This document shows, in pieces, positions 22,676 through 32,991 of a DNA stretch of 64,000 nucleotides. The stretch lies in NCBI RefSeq assembly GCF_055900595.2, contig NZ_CM148325.1. One strand, given 5' to 3'. A program made the position numbers and the translations under genes. Positions within the stretch are counted from its first letter, which is position 1, and every line of letters begins with the position of its first letter. Below the pieces are notes generated by a model. That model saw only the letters and a program-made list of their open reading frames with translations, was not told where the DNA came from and searched no databases.

Positions 22676-22722
22676 TTGTCTTATATTTCTTTATCTTTTC
22701 ATATTATTATCAATAAGTTACA

Positions 22723-23319
22723 TCAGGCATCTTCTCTTTTTAATTTTTCGTTTATGAGATTATTTCTTTCCCATAATCCGGCAAAACGTGCAGCATTACT
22801 GGCGGTATAACGCACAGTATGGCGAATATTTCGATGCCCGAGATAATCCTGAATTAAACGGGTATCTGCACCACGCTCCGCCAGTTCATAACCGCAAGCA
22901 TGCCTTAACATATGAGGATGAGTCTGCGTCACGGTTCCAGCTTCAATACCGGCATCGCGAATAATGCGATAGGCCTGCTGGCGAGAAAGTCGACTCCCGC
23001 GGCGAGAAATAAATATGGCGTCGGTCTGGTCAGCGCCTTTCCAGTTAGTACGTTCCTGGGTCCAGCGCTCCACAGCTTCACGCTCATCAAAACGTAACGG
23101 GTGAACGGTAGAAAATCCGTTCTTCAGTCGGCGGATATTTATTCGACCTTCGTTAAGGTCAAGATCCTGATAATGCAGATCAAGCAGTTCACTAATACGC
23201 ATCCCATGCCGATATGCCAACAAAATTAGGCAATAATCTCTGGCTCCCGTTGCCCCGTAACAAACCGCCTGCATCATGTCCTGAACTTCTTTACCGGTAA
23301 GATAACGACGTTTACTCAC
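22723..23319 (-). CDS. fimE: Tyrosine site-specific recombinase (fim switch ON-to-OFF)
   Basis: 198-aa ORF with integrase-family catalytic residues (HxxR...Y: HMLRHACGYELAERGADTRLIQDYLGHRNIRHTVRYT). Confidence 0.9.
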   Translation of the reverse strand: MSKRRYLTGKEVQDMMQAVCYGATGARDYCLILLAYRHGMRISELLDLHYQDLDLNEGRINIRRLKNGFSTVHPLRFDEREAVERWTQERTNWKGADQTDAIFISRRGSRLSRQQAYRIIRDAGIEAGTVTQTHPHMLRHACGYELAERGADTRLIQDYLGHRNIRHTVRYTASNAARFAGLWERNNLINEKLKREDA

Positions 23320-23796
23320 AATAGTAGTACTCCTGACTGAGATATATTTGAATGAATACCTATAGGAAACCTCGATCGGTTAAAATTAGCCCAATAGATA
23401 AAAAGATAACCACACATGAAGTGATGTGGCTATCAGTCAATTACATTAAATATCATACAAAAATAAAATATCACTGATGTGACAACATCTATTTTCATTG
23501 ATTTGATTCAATATAACAATAGATTGCAGCGGATTAACTTCCAGTTGCTTAAAAAATAAAGAAAAAAGTGCAGAAACAGGAGAACTTGAGTGATGTGTAA
23601 ATTTATGAATGATTTTGTTTATTTATTTTGAAGAACATAAACCATTGTATTTTGTATGGATATGGTTAACTTAATGTTTATTATGATAATTAAGAATCAC
23701 ACTTACAATAACATCAATTAATAAATGGTTAATCATTTTTGATATATCGTAAGAATAATGTATTATTTAACACCATCCCTGGTATCTCATCTATCT

Positions 23797-24399
23797 CTAT
23801 AAAACAGCGTGATGCTGTCGTCCTCTGGCTCTATCCCAGATGCCGTAAAAACGCCCTGCATTGCTGGCGGTATACCAGACAGTATGACGAATATTGCGAT
23901 GTCCAAGATAATCCTGGATAAGTCGTGTATCTATTCCCATATTCGCCAAAGCAAAACCACACGAATGGCGTAACATATGCGGATGAATCTCCAGTGATAA
24001 CCCAGCATTACCACCAGAAGTCGAGATAATATGGTAAAACTGTTGCCGAGAAAGCGGGTTCCCCTTACGTGATAAAAATACCCACTCGCTCTCAGCATGC
24101 GGATAAGAAGTACGTATACTCAACCAGTTTTTTAAAGCCTGAACTTCTTTGTTCAATAGCGGGTGCGTTGTTGAAAAGCCTTTTTTTAATCGATGGATAT
24201 ATATACACTTTGCCTTAAGATCAATATCCGAAATCCTCAATCGACAAATTTCACTCGCCCGGAAACCATGAATAAAACAAAGCAAAGTCAGACAATAATT
24301 ACGTGCTGCATGAGGCCCGGTATTTGCTGCTTTAAGGAGTGACTCGATTTCACTATGGGTCAGGAAGTTCCTTTTTTTGTTATCAGCCTTATTCTTCAT
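23797..24399 (-). CDS. fimB: Tyrosine site-specific recombinase (fim switch, bidirectional)
   Basis: 200-aa paralogue of fimE (HMLRHSCGFALANMGIDTRLIQDYLGHRNIRHTVWYT). Confidence 0.9.
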   Translation of the reverse strand: MKNKADNKKRNFLTHSEIESLLKAANTGPHAARNYCLTLLCFIHGFRASEICRLRISDIDLKAKCIYIHRLKKGFSTTHPLLNKEVQALKNWLSIRTSYPHAESEWVFLSRKGNPLSRQQFYHIISTSGGNAGLSLEIHPHMLRHSCGFALANMGIDTRLIQDYLGHRNIRHTVWYTASNAGRFYGIWDRARGRQHHAVL

Positions 24400-25412
24400 C
24401 GTTTTCCCTTATAATTACAGACGCGCACTAGCTGTGCTGGGTTAGCAATAATCCAACATTTTAATCCTGATTATGTTTATAAAAGCGAACGTTTGCTTAA
24501 TAACTAACGTAAGTGGACCAGTTCTTCTGAGTGAACTTAAATGGAGTAGCGATAGTTACTTATAATAACTTTGCCATACAAACGCCATGCTCTTGCATGC
24601 TATGTACCTTTATATATTTATCAATGTGATACGAATCTAATAATAACCCTCATCATTAATGCAACTAATCTTATCTATATATCATGTGATATGTTCTGTA
24701 ACAAGTAAAATCAACATAAAAAATTCAGCAAAATTTAATATTCGTTCAACTAGCCGTCTCACATATGACATTATTAGTCAACTGCATTTGCCACAAAATG
24801 GCTATTTCATGGAACGCAGTAATTTCTTAGCGTCTATTATCATGCTAATTCTTAGGTCCCTAGCGATTATTCCTGTCTGGTTCGTCAACTCACGCCATGA
24901 GATTGTTATATTCCTTTTTATCATGGAGATATGGGGGAAAGCAGGCGACGCTTTTTCATCTACATTCATTGGTAAATATGGCTTTGGTCACTACGTCTTA
25001 AACCTTCTTCAATCACAGCTATTCGCCGGGCGCTACGGCAAACAAACTAAGTGAAGCATCATCCTGAAAACACCATCATCAACAAGCCTCTCCAGATCGA
25101 CTTCAGAAGTGACCAGTTACAAGCCACAAACCTGGAAACATATTTCATGATGAGAATTATGCTCAGCCTGATGGCGGGTAAACACTTATTTTCACCAAGC
25201 TCACTGAGTTAGCTTGCAAAGCTTTCCTTGTTTAGATTCTAAATAAATTATCTATAAAACAGATAGTTAAAAGAAAATCTTTAGTTTTTGAAGACCACCG
25301 CAAGTGTTCGTCTGGCTTCACATGGCATCTTCCTCTTAGAAAAAGATCGACATATTTTGTGACACGAATTGCAAATCTGGTTTTGTTGTATGGATTGCGT
25401 GATTTTTGATCT

Positions 25413-25433
25413 GGTATAACAGGTATAAAGGTG
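25413..25433. promoter_or_regulatory. NanR operator-like GGTATA repeat in the long fimB-nanC intergenic region
   Basis: GGTATAACAGGTATAAAGGTG matches the repeated GGTATA hexamer recognised by the sialic-acid repressor NanR; ~420 bp upstream of nanC. Confidence 0.6.
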
Positions 25434-25842
25434 CACCACGATAGTCAATGAGACTGGGCATCTCGAAATCTATGGCAAACATCACTTCAGTTCTTTCACA
25501 TCGGGTGATGAAAATGCACTTCAGTCTGAAAGGAATATGAAAATGAGATCAACAGACACTCTATTTTATGACTCTGGGTAAAATGGATTGAGTAAGTGAT
25601 ATCGCTTACGAACATTCAAATCAATCAAACATCAGAAGAGATTTTATACTCAGGTATTTAATCTGGATCTCTGTTTATTTAAATAATGTGGAAAGAGATT
25701 TTTCACAGGAGACATTATACAAAAAATATAAAATACAGCTATCGGTTGCCAAAGACACTATAAGCCTGGCAAAAAATATTACACAACATAAATGCTAATT
25801 GTTTATGCGGGCTTTGTATTGCTTTCTGTATCCTACAAATGA

Positions 25843-26568
25843 GTGAAATTTATGAAAAAGGCTAAAATACTTTCTGGCGTATTATTACTGTGCTTTTCGT
25901 CACCATTAATTTCTCAAGCTGCGACACTGGACGTACGTGGTGGATATCGTAGTGGAAGCCACGCCTATGAGACTCGACTCAAAGTCAGTGAGGGATGGCA
26001 AAATGGATGGTGGGCAAGCATGGAAAGTAATACCTGGAATACCATTCATGATAATAAAAAGGAAAATGCCGCACTCAATGATGTTCAGGTTGAAGTTAAT
26101 TACGCGATTAAACTTGATGATCAATGGACGGTGCGCCCGGGAATGTTAACGCATTTTAGCAGCAACGGCACACGCTACGGACCCTACGTAAAACTGTCCT
26201 GGGACGCGACAAAAGATCTTAATTTTGGCATTCGCTATCGTTACGACTGGAAAGCTTACCGACAACAAGACTTATCCGGTGAGATGTCTCGTGATAACGT
26301 TCATCGTTGGGATGGATATGTCACTTACCATATTAATAGTGATTTCACCTTCGCATGGCAAACGACGCTATACAGCAAACAAAACGATTATCGCTATGCA
26401 AACCATAAGAAATGGGCGACGGAAAATGCATTTGTTCTACAATACCATATGACGCCTGATATTACGCCATACATAGAATATGACTACCTTGACCGTCAGG
26501 GTGTTTATAACGGCAGAGATAATTTATCAGAAAACAGTTATCGCATTGGTGTGTCATTTAAACTGTAG
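25843..26568 (+). CDS. nanC: N-acetylneuraminic acid outer membrane channel (KdgM family porin)
   Basis: Signal peptide MKKAKILSGVLLLCFSSPLISQA then beta-barrel-like sequence ending in aromatic residue pattern (RIGVSFKL); start may be 25852. Confidence 0.8.
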   Translation: MKFMKKAKILSGVLLLCFSSPLISQAATLDVRGGYRSGSHAYETRLKVSEGWQNGWWASMESNTWNTIHDNKKENAALNDVQVEVNYAIKLDDQWTVRPGMLTHFSSNGTRYGPYVKLSWDATKDLNFGIRYRYDWKAYRQQDLSGEMSRDNVHRWDGYVTYHINSDFTFAWQTTLYSKQNDYRYANHKKWATENAFVLQYHMTPDITPYIEYDYLDRQGVYNGRDNLSENSYRIGVSFKL

Positions 26569-26587
26569 TAGACAGGAGACAGTCACA

Positions 26588-27694
26588 ATGAATAAAACAA
26601 TAACGGCGCTTGCTATCATGATGGCTTCATTTGCCGCAAACGCGTCTGTATTACCGGAAACTCCGGTGCCATTTAAAAGTGGTACCGGAGCAATTGATAA
26701 CGACACTGTCTACATTGGTTTAGGTAGCGCAGGTACGGCATGGTACAAGCTGGATACACAGGCCAAAGATAAAAAATGGACAGCGTTAGCTGCATTCCCT
26801 GGTGGGGCGAGAGATCAAGCAACCTCTGCATTTATTGATGGCAATCTGTACGTATTTGGCGGCATTGGCAAAAACAGCGAAGGCTTGACTCAGGTATTTA
26901 ATGACGTACACAAATACAACCCCAAAACCAATAGCTGGGTTAAATTGATGTCGCACGCGCCGATGGGCATGGCGGGCCATGTGACTTTTGTACACAACGG
27001 CAAGGCTTATGTTACTGGCGGTGTTAACCAAAATATCTTTAATGGCTATTTTGAAGATCTCAACGAAGCTGGAAAAGATTCAACCGCTATAGAGAAAATC
27101 AACGCCCACTATTTTGACAAAAAAGCAGAAGATTATTTCTTCAATAAGTTTCTGTTGTCTTTTGATCCCTCTACACAGCAATGGAGTTACGCTGGCGAAT
27201 CTCCCTGGTACGGGACGGCTGGTGCAGCGGTTGTGAATAAAGGCGATAAAACCTGGCTTATTAATGGTGAAGCCAAACCAGGACTACGAACGGATGCCGT
27301 ATTTGAACTTGATTTCACCGGTAATAATTTAAAATGGAATAAACTTGCTCCCGTCTCATCACCAGATGGCGTTGCTGGCGGTTTTGCGGGGATAAGCAAT
27401 GACTCACTTATATTTGCCGGAGGGGCCGGATTCAAAGGTTCACGAGAAAATTACCAGAACGGTAAGAACTATGCGCATGAAGGCCTGAAAAAATCATATA
27501 GCACTGATATTCATCTTTGGCATAACGGGAAATGGGATAAATCGGGCGAATTGTCGCAAGGTCGGGCCTACGGAGTATCATTGCCCTGGAATAATAGTCT
27601 ATTGATTATTGGCGGTGAAACTGCAGGCGGCAAAGCGGTAACGGATTCAGTATTGATCTCTGTGAAGGATAATAAAGTCACAGTGCAAAACTAA
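26588..27694 (+). CDS. nanM: N-acetylneuraminate epimerase/mutarotase (Kelch-repeat protein YjhT)
   Basis: Start at MNKTITALAIMMASFAANA (signal peptide) with RBS GGAGA upstream; 368 aa; nanC-nanM-nanS order. Confidence 0.8.
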   Translation: MNKTITALAIMMASFAANASVLPETPVPFKSGTGAIDNDTVYIGLGSAGTAWYKLDTQAKDKKWTALAAFPGGARDQATSAFIDGNLYVFGGIGKNSEGLTQVFNDVHKYNPKTNSWVKLMSHAPMGMAGHVTFVHNGKAYVTGGVNQNIFNGYFEDLNEAGKDSTAIEKINAHYFDKKAEDYFFNKFLLSFDPSTQQWSYAGESPWYGTAGAAVVNKGDKTWLINGEAKPGLRTDAVFELDFTGNNLKWNKLAPVSSPDGVAGGFAGISNDSLIFAGGAGFKGSRENYQNGKNYAHEGLKKSYSTDIHLWHNGKWDKSGELSQGRAYGVSLPWNNSLLIIGGETAGGKAVTDSVLISVKDNKVTVQN

Positions 27695-27731
27695 CGCTTC
27701 AGGGCCCCAGTAAAGGGGCTCTGCTATCAAT

Positions 27732-28559
27732 TTGCCATTTCAATTACGCGAAAATTATATGAACGCAATAATATCGCCCGATTATTACTATGTTCTTACC
27801 GTTGCCGGTCAGTCTAATGCCATGGCGTATGGCGAAGGACTGCCATTACCGGACAGGGAAGATGCGCCTCATCCCAAAATTAAACAATTAGCGAGATTCG
27901 CGCATACGCATCCCGGAGGCCCCTCATGTCACTTTAACGACATTATTCCACTAACTCACTGCCCACACGATGTTCAGGATATGCAGGGTTATCACCATCC
28001 TCTGGCAACGAATCATCAAACACAGTACGGCACCGTTGGCCAGGCACTGCATATTGCACGGAAATTACTGCCCTTTATTCCTGATAATGCAGGGGTTCTC
28101 ATCGTTCCGTGTTGCCGTGGCGGATCGGCTTTTACCGCGGGCAGCGAAGGGACATATTCAGAACGGCACGGAGCCAGCCATGATGCTTGTCGTTGGGGAA
28201 CGGATACTCCGCTATACCAGGATTTAGTCAGCAGAACGCGAGCCGCACTGGCAAAAAATCCGCAGAACAAATTCCTCGGCGTATGCTGGATGCAAGGCGA
28301 ATTTGACTTAATGGCCAGTGACTACGCGTTACACCCTCAACACTTTAATCATATGGTTAAAGCCTTTCGTAGGGATCTAAAACAATACCATTCTCAGCTT
28401 AATAAAATTACTGACGCGCCGTGGTTTTGCGGCGATACCACCTGGTACTGGAAAGAAAATTTCCCTCATGCGTATGAAGCTATTTATGGCAATTATCAAA
28501 ATAATGTTTTAGCCAATATTATTTTCGTCGACTTCCAGCAACAAGGTGAAGAGGACTGA
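27732..28559 (+). CDS. nanS: Sialate 9-O-acetylesterase-like SGNH hydrolase (YjhS/NanS); reading frame ends prematurely relative to a conserved C-terminal tail present in the +2 frame (28550-28738)
   Basis: SGNH-type motif VAGQSNAMAY near the N-terminus; the peptide RGLTNAPDEDPDDLSTGYFGSAYRSAENWTT...FWRER is encoded in a different frame right after the stop, suggesting a 1-bp indel in a short A-run at ~28548-28552. Confidence 0.7.
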   Translation: MPFQLRENYMNAIISPDYYYVLTVAGQSNAMAYGEGLPLPDREDAPHPKIKQLARFAHTHPGGPSCHFNDIIPLTHCPHDVQDMQGYHHPLATNHQTQYGTVGQALHIARKLLPFIPDNAGVLIVPCCRGGSAFTAGSEGTYSERHGASHDACRWGTDTPLYQDLVSRTRAALAKNPQNKFLGVCWMQGEFDLMASDYALHPQHFNHMVKAFRRDLKQYHSQLNKITDAPWFCGDTTWYWKENFPHAYEAIYGNYQNNVLANIIFVDFQQQGEED

Positions 28560-28791
28560 CGAACGCGCCTGATGAAGATCCAGACGATTTAAGCACGGGA
28601 TATTTCGGCTCAGCGTACCGGTCAGCGGAGAACTGGACGACGTCACTGCGAAGCAGTCATTTCAGCGCGGCAGCCCGTCGGGGGATTATTTCTGACAGGT
28701 TTGTAGAAGCAATTTTGCAGTTTTGGCGCGAAAGGTGAGCGTTCATTAATTTGATTTATTCGCATCCATCAACGCTTTTAACTGCTCCGGC

Positions 28792-29270
28792 GTGCGGCAC
28801 TATAATGGTTTTCACAACAAGGAGCCATTTTCTTATACCACTTTCAGAGACCATCCGCTTATGCCACCGCCCTCTACGCAACTGTTTGCAGAGCACCTTC
28901 CCACCGAGTGGATACAGCACCTCCTGACGCTTTCTGCTCATGCGACCATTTGTCGTCTTAACCTGAGCGCGGATGGCGAAGCGGGGATTAGCCTGCTGGC
29001 CCGCAGCGCTGTCACCCAGGAGCGCCAGCGCGTGGGGGCCCCCTGGTGGAATGGCTCTTCCGCCAGACCGCACAGACATGGGGCGCGGAACGTTACCTGA
29101 AGGATGACTGGCACGGCCTGCAACTTTTTGCCATTGATGGCGCACAGTTCAGGACACCTATGAACCTGAGTTGCGTGAATATTATGGCTCTGCCAACACA
29201 TCCACTGAGCGGCAGAGCGCCTACCCGGTCATGCGTCTGGTGGCGTTAATGAATCTGGGAATCACATTCG
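28792..29270 (+). pseudogene. Fragmented DDE-transposase-like remnant (IS element relic) at the left edge of the accessory island
   Basis: Three short consecutive ORFs in different frames (…LFAIDGAQFRTP…, …YPVMRLVALMNLGITFG) consistent with a frameshifted transposase fragment; family not determinable by eye. Confidence 0.35.
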
Positions 29271-29712
29271 GCTGAATGCCATGACCGCGGCCTACCGGCG
29301 GAGCGATACAGCGTGAGGCAACTAAAGCGGCGTCAGAAATCAGCTTTAAGTTCGCATTCCTGTTTATCGTGACAGAAATGATAGTGCAGGGAAATACGGC
29401 GTCACCAGGAACCATCCCGAAACGGCTGGAGCATCTGCGGGGTGCTCTGGAAGCGGTGTTCCCACGACTATCAAGGCCGAGGGCTGTTAAGGTATCAAAA
29501 ACCCGTTATCCGGTGAAACACAGTGCTGCCCCGCTTAAGTGACGGCATTGTGTTTCTGACTGGCCTTAACTTTCCCTGAATCTCTGACGATCCTCACCAT
29601 TGATATTTTCTTCATTCCTCACCAGAGAAATAAAAAATCACTATACTCATCAAAATATGATGATTACCTTTATTCAGGTGATCACCTTACTATTTTATAC
29701 GGAAAATAAATC

Positions 29713-30363
29713 ATGAATATCCGTCAATCATTACATGACCGAATCTATGCAGAATACCCTCAACAGGCTAAAGATATATTACTGTATTTCCCCACTTATG
29801 AAATTATGCCATCGACCATAAAAATGGTTATGATTAATGAGGTGGTAGCTATAACACCGCAAGAAGATTTTTATACACCAGAGTCTGGTTATTTTACGAC
29901 TGTCGCCCGACAGTTAGCGCTGGCTGGATTATCGGCAAGTAGTGGCGAAGTCTTACTCAACCATGGTATCTACCTGACCTCCGCACTGAAACTACCTAAA
30001 ACACAGATCACAGCCACACCCGCGGAGATCATTCTCTGGTCACCTATTGTAGAATGGGAGCTCGAACTCTTTGCCAATATAAAAGTTATTTTCGTTGGCG
30101 GCGATATCGCGCGAAAATGCCTTAACATCATCGCGAAAAAGCAAACACGTAAACATGCCATCCCTTCAACTCCGACGTACAAACTGATGAATAGCGAATT
30201 AGTCTGGAAAGGAATAAGCATACTTCCTGGATATATTCTTACCGGAAAAAACCTGCTCATTGAAAAGTCAAAAATCGAAATGAATGTCGAACAATTAAGA
30301 AAAGGAATTGCGATTTATCGCAATAGTAACAGTAACCATACGAATAATTCAGTTCATGAATAA
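29713..30363 (+). CDS. Hypothetical protein (216 aa), orphan gene in AT-rich DNA at island edge
   Basis: Uninterrupted ORF with plausible start context; no motif I can confidently assign. Confidence 0.45.
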   Translation: MNIRQSLHDRIYAEYPQQAKDILLYFPTYEIMPSTIKMVMINEVVAITPQEDFYTPESGYFTTVARQLALAGLSASSGEVLLNHGIYLTSALKLPKTQITATPAEIILWSPIVEWELELFANIKVIFVGGDIARKCLNIIAKKQTRKHAIPSTPTYKLMNSELVWKGISILPGYILTGKNLLIEKSKIEMNVEQLRKGIAIYRNSNSNHTNNSVHE

Positions 30364-30876
30364 GAGATGAATCATTAATAACAAGAAATCACTGACAAAC
30401 CACCTGTAAAAGGTCAATCATTTTAGTTCAATTTCCTTTGTCATGATTATATTTTTATCGTCCTGACGATACTATTAACAATTACAATATTTATACCCTC
30501 CCCTGAACAAACAGAAAAGAACTCATACATTCGTTTATAATTCTGGTAATCCTGGCATCATACGTTTAAAATTTAAGGTGTTTGTTTTATAATCATGGTT
30601 CCAAAGACTATTGGTCACCAGAAAATGCCAGCCTTTTCGTGCCAGCTATATTTGTCCAGTGTGTTACCCCATCCAAAAATCATCCACATCCTGATGTTAC
30701 GTTAGATATAGAGAAAACAGGTTGTACTGTGCAATATGCTAACCGCATAAGCGAATATAATTTCTAAGCTGATATTGTCTGGCTGTTGGGAGCTAAACAA
30801 TATAAATATCGCCAGTTGCCAGAACGGTTATATAGACCAGGAGCGTTTCGGCTCCTGGTCTGTTTCGGACATATTA

Positions 30877-32991
30877 TCAATCAGCCACTAATAGCGGACT
30901 AGGGATACCAGATGATGAAACAAACAGCCCTTTTACGGCACGGGTTGCAGCCACATGCAGTAACGCGCGCTCATTAAATAATGCATCACGCTGTTCAACG
31001 GGATCATCGGATGCTAATGCTTTTATTTCCGGCACAACGCCTTCGTTAATCCCCACCAGGAACACATACTGGAACTCAAGCCCTTTAATACGGTGCATCG
31101 TTGCAACTCGCACGCCTGGGCGTGCATCGCTGTCACCGCTATCATTGCCTAAATTAAATGTCTCAATTCCGGCGTCATTGAGTGCTGATGCGTAGCGGTC
31201 GCAAGCATGTTTAGTACGCGCAGTAATGCAGATATCCTGAGAACGAACCTGATTCGCCAGCAATGCCTGAATTTGCTTGACGAGCGTTGCAGCCTCTTCT
31301 TTGAAATCTGCCGCATGCGTAATCATGGGCTTTTCCCCGTGCAGTAATGACAAATAATCATTACTGGTATCCGCTTCGCCATCGAGGTTATCAACCTTCA
31401 CACCAGTTAACAGCCCAACAGCAAATTGACGCGTCTCTTCTGTGGTCCGATAGTTAATCTTCAATTTTTTACTGCGACGACCACGGACGTTAATACCACA
31501 CTGACCAAGAACGACCTTATTGCGATAAATACGCTGATGCCCATCCCCGACAATAAACAGATCGTTGGGCGACTCGGGAACCAGGCTGCGAATAAGAGTA
31601 AATGCCGGGGCACCGATATCTTGAGCTTCATCGACGACAATACTGCTATAAGGTAGTTGGACCTGCTTTTCTTTAAACAGAACAATAGCCTCATGCATGG
31701 CATCGCCCATTTCGCGCAGTTTGGCACGCGCCATTTGTGCTCTGAATTCTTCGAAAACTGGCCAGATTTTCGCCCGTTGAATACGGGATAACGCTGTACC
31801 ACGTCCAACCCGGCTGACTTTGAGGTATTCCTCCCGGGTGTAAACCGCATTTGGCTGGACAACGCGTTGCCACTCTTCAGCATAGAAATTGTCAGGTAGC
31901 CCCAGTTCGGCAGGTGCCTGCTGCAAGGCATAGTTCCAGCATTTACGTCGCCCTTCATCGCTGTCGTATACCACGCGGAAATCATAACCGTGGCGTTTTA
32001 GTTGGTCGCTCATCCAGGCATCAATGTTAACGACGTCAATACGCGCCATCTCTTCTCGCGTACACAACCGCTGGAGATTAGCGCGAATATCTGCCGCCAG
32101 GTTACGCGTAAAGGTCGTGAAAAGTACCTTCTTACCGGGTTTATCTACCAGACGCTGAGATAACCACCGCGCACGGTGCATTGCAACAACCGTTTTCCCT
32201 GTACCTGCACCGCCCAGTACTCGTACCGGACCATTAGCGGGCGACTCCACCAGTTTTCGCTGGCTCGGGTGCAGAAATACACGCCATTTTTCTAAAGGCG
32301 CATTAAGCATCTGCAATAGTTCCTGTTCATTTTCAACGACATGGAAGCGACGTTTACTTCGTTCAATCGCCTCCATAAAGTCGTTGGTATCAACAGGCTC
32401 ATCACGATGATCGTTAAACTCTTCCAGCACTTCCTGGTAATCCAGCCCTTCTGCCAGCCAGTGCAGAGGTTCCCAGGCTTCTGCTGGCATTATGCTTTCA
32501 AGTTGATTAAGCCCGGCTTCATCGGTAAGCGCCATCACCTGATCAATAAAGACAGGCGGCACACCCAGGGCCAGAATCTGTTCCGCGCTGTAAGCTGCGA
32601 AGAGTTTCGGTTTATCAACCACCGTTTCCGCTGCCGGTTTGATATAGCTAATATCAATGACCTGAATCGCGCCAGTAACCGGGTGAATCGAACAATCATG
32701 CCGCCGCGCCCAGTCATATGCTTCGTCGTGTTTATCCACCCACATCAGCATATACAGAGCACCCTGTTCAGGTTTCAGAACAATGCCGCGATAAGTTTGA
32801 TCGATTCGCACCGAATGGACATTTTTACTGCGCGCATCGTGGATCTTTTCATAGTTAAGTCCATTACTGGTCGGGTCCTGACGGAATTTGGAGATGAATT
32901 CCTGCACCTTTTTTTGCTGTGCTTTTGGGATCCGCGCGAATGCGCCCAGAAAACCATCAGAAAGTGCCACCTTGGGCGTTTGCACCGTCAT
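30877..32991 (-). CDS. UvrD/PcrA-like superfamily 1 helicase with ~230-aa N-terminal extension (YjhR-like); last gene of the DISARM-like operon
   Basis: Walker A VLGGAGTGKTVVAMHRA, Walker B IVVDEAQDI, C-terminal UvrD_C-like motif ATMHRIKGLEFQYVFLVG; start overlaps upstream stop (ATGA at 32988-32991). Confidence 0.8.
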   Translation of the reverse strand: MTVQTPKVALSDGFLGAFARIPKAQQKKVQEFISKFRQDPTSNGLNYEKIHDARSKNVHSVRIDQTYRGIVLKPEQGALYMLMWVDKHDEAYDWARRHDCSIHPVTGAIQVIDISYIKPAAETVVDKPKLFAAYSAEQILALGVPPVFIDQVMALTDEAGLNQLESIMPAEAWEPLHWLAEGLDYQEVLEEFNDHRDEPVDTNDFMEAIERSKRRFHVVENEQELLQMLNAPLEKWRVFLHPSQRKLVESPANGPVRVLGGAGTGKTVVAMHRARWLSQRLVDKPGKKVLFTTFTRNLAADIRANLQRLCTREEMARIDVVNIDAWMSDQLKRHGYDFRVVYDSDEGRRKCWNYALQQAPAELGLPDNFYAEEWQRVVQPNAVYTREEYLKVSRVGRGTALSRIQRAKIWPVFEEFRAQMARAKLREMGDAMHEAIVLFKEKQVQLPYSSIVVDEAQDIGAPAFTLIRSLVPESPNDLFIVGDGHQRIYRNKVVLGQCGINVRGRRSKKLKINYRTTEETRQFAVGLLTGVKVDNLDGEADTSNDYLSLLHGEKPMITHAADFKEEAATLVKQIQALLANQVRSQDICITARTKHACDRYASALNDAGIETFNLGNDSGDSDARPGVRVATMHRIKGLEFQYVFLVGINEGVVPEIKALASDDPVEQRDALFNERALLHVAATRAVKGLFVSSSGIPSPLLVAD

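Noticed and set aside
22465-22716. 83-aa ORF inside the fim switch
   Set aside because: Falls within the fimS invertible element, which is known regulatory DNA; AT-rich, no coding signal.
24659-25054. 131-aa ORF in the fimB-nanC intergenic region
   Set aside because: This long AT-rich intergenic region is a regulatory region in E. coli; the ORF has poor start context and low-complexity AT-driven translation.
28756-29145. 129-aa minus-strand ORF overlapping the transposase-like relic
   Set aside because: Its 3' end is just the copied 3' end of the HNH gene read in another frame; overlaps the plus-strand transposase fragments; most likely spurious.
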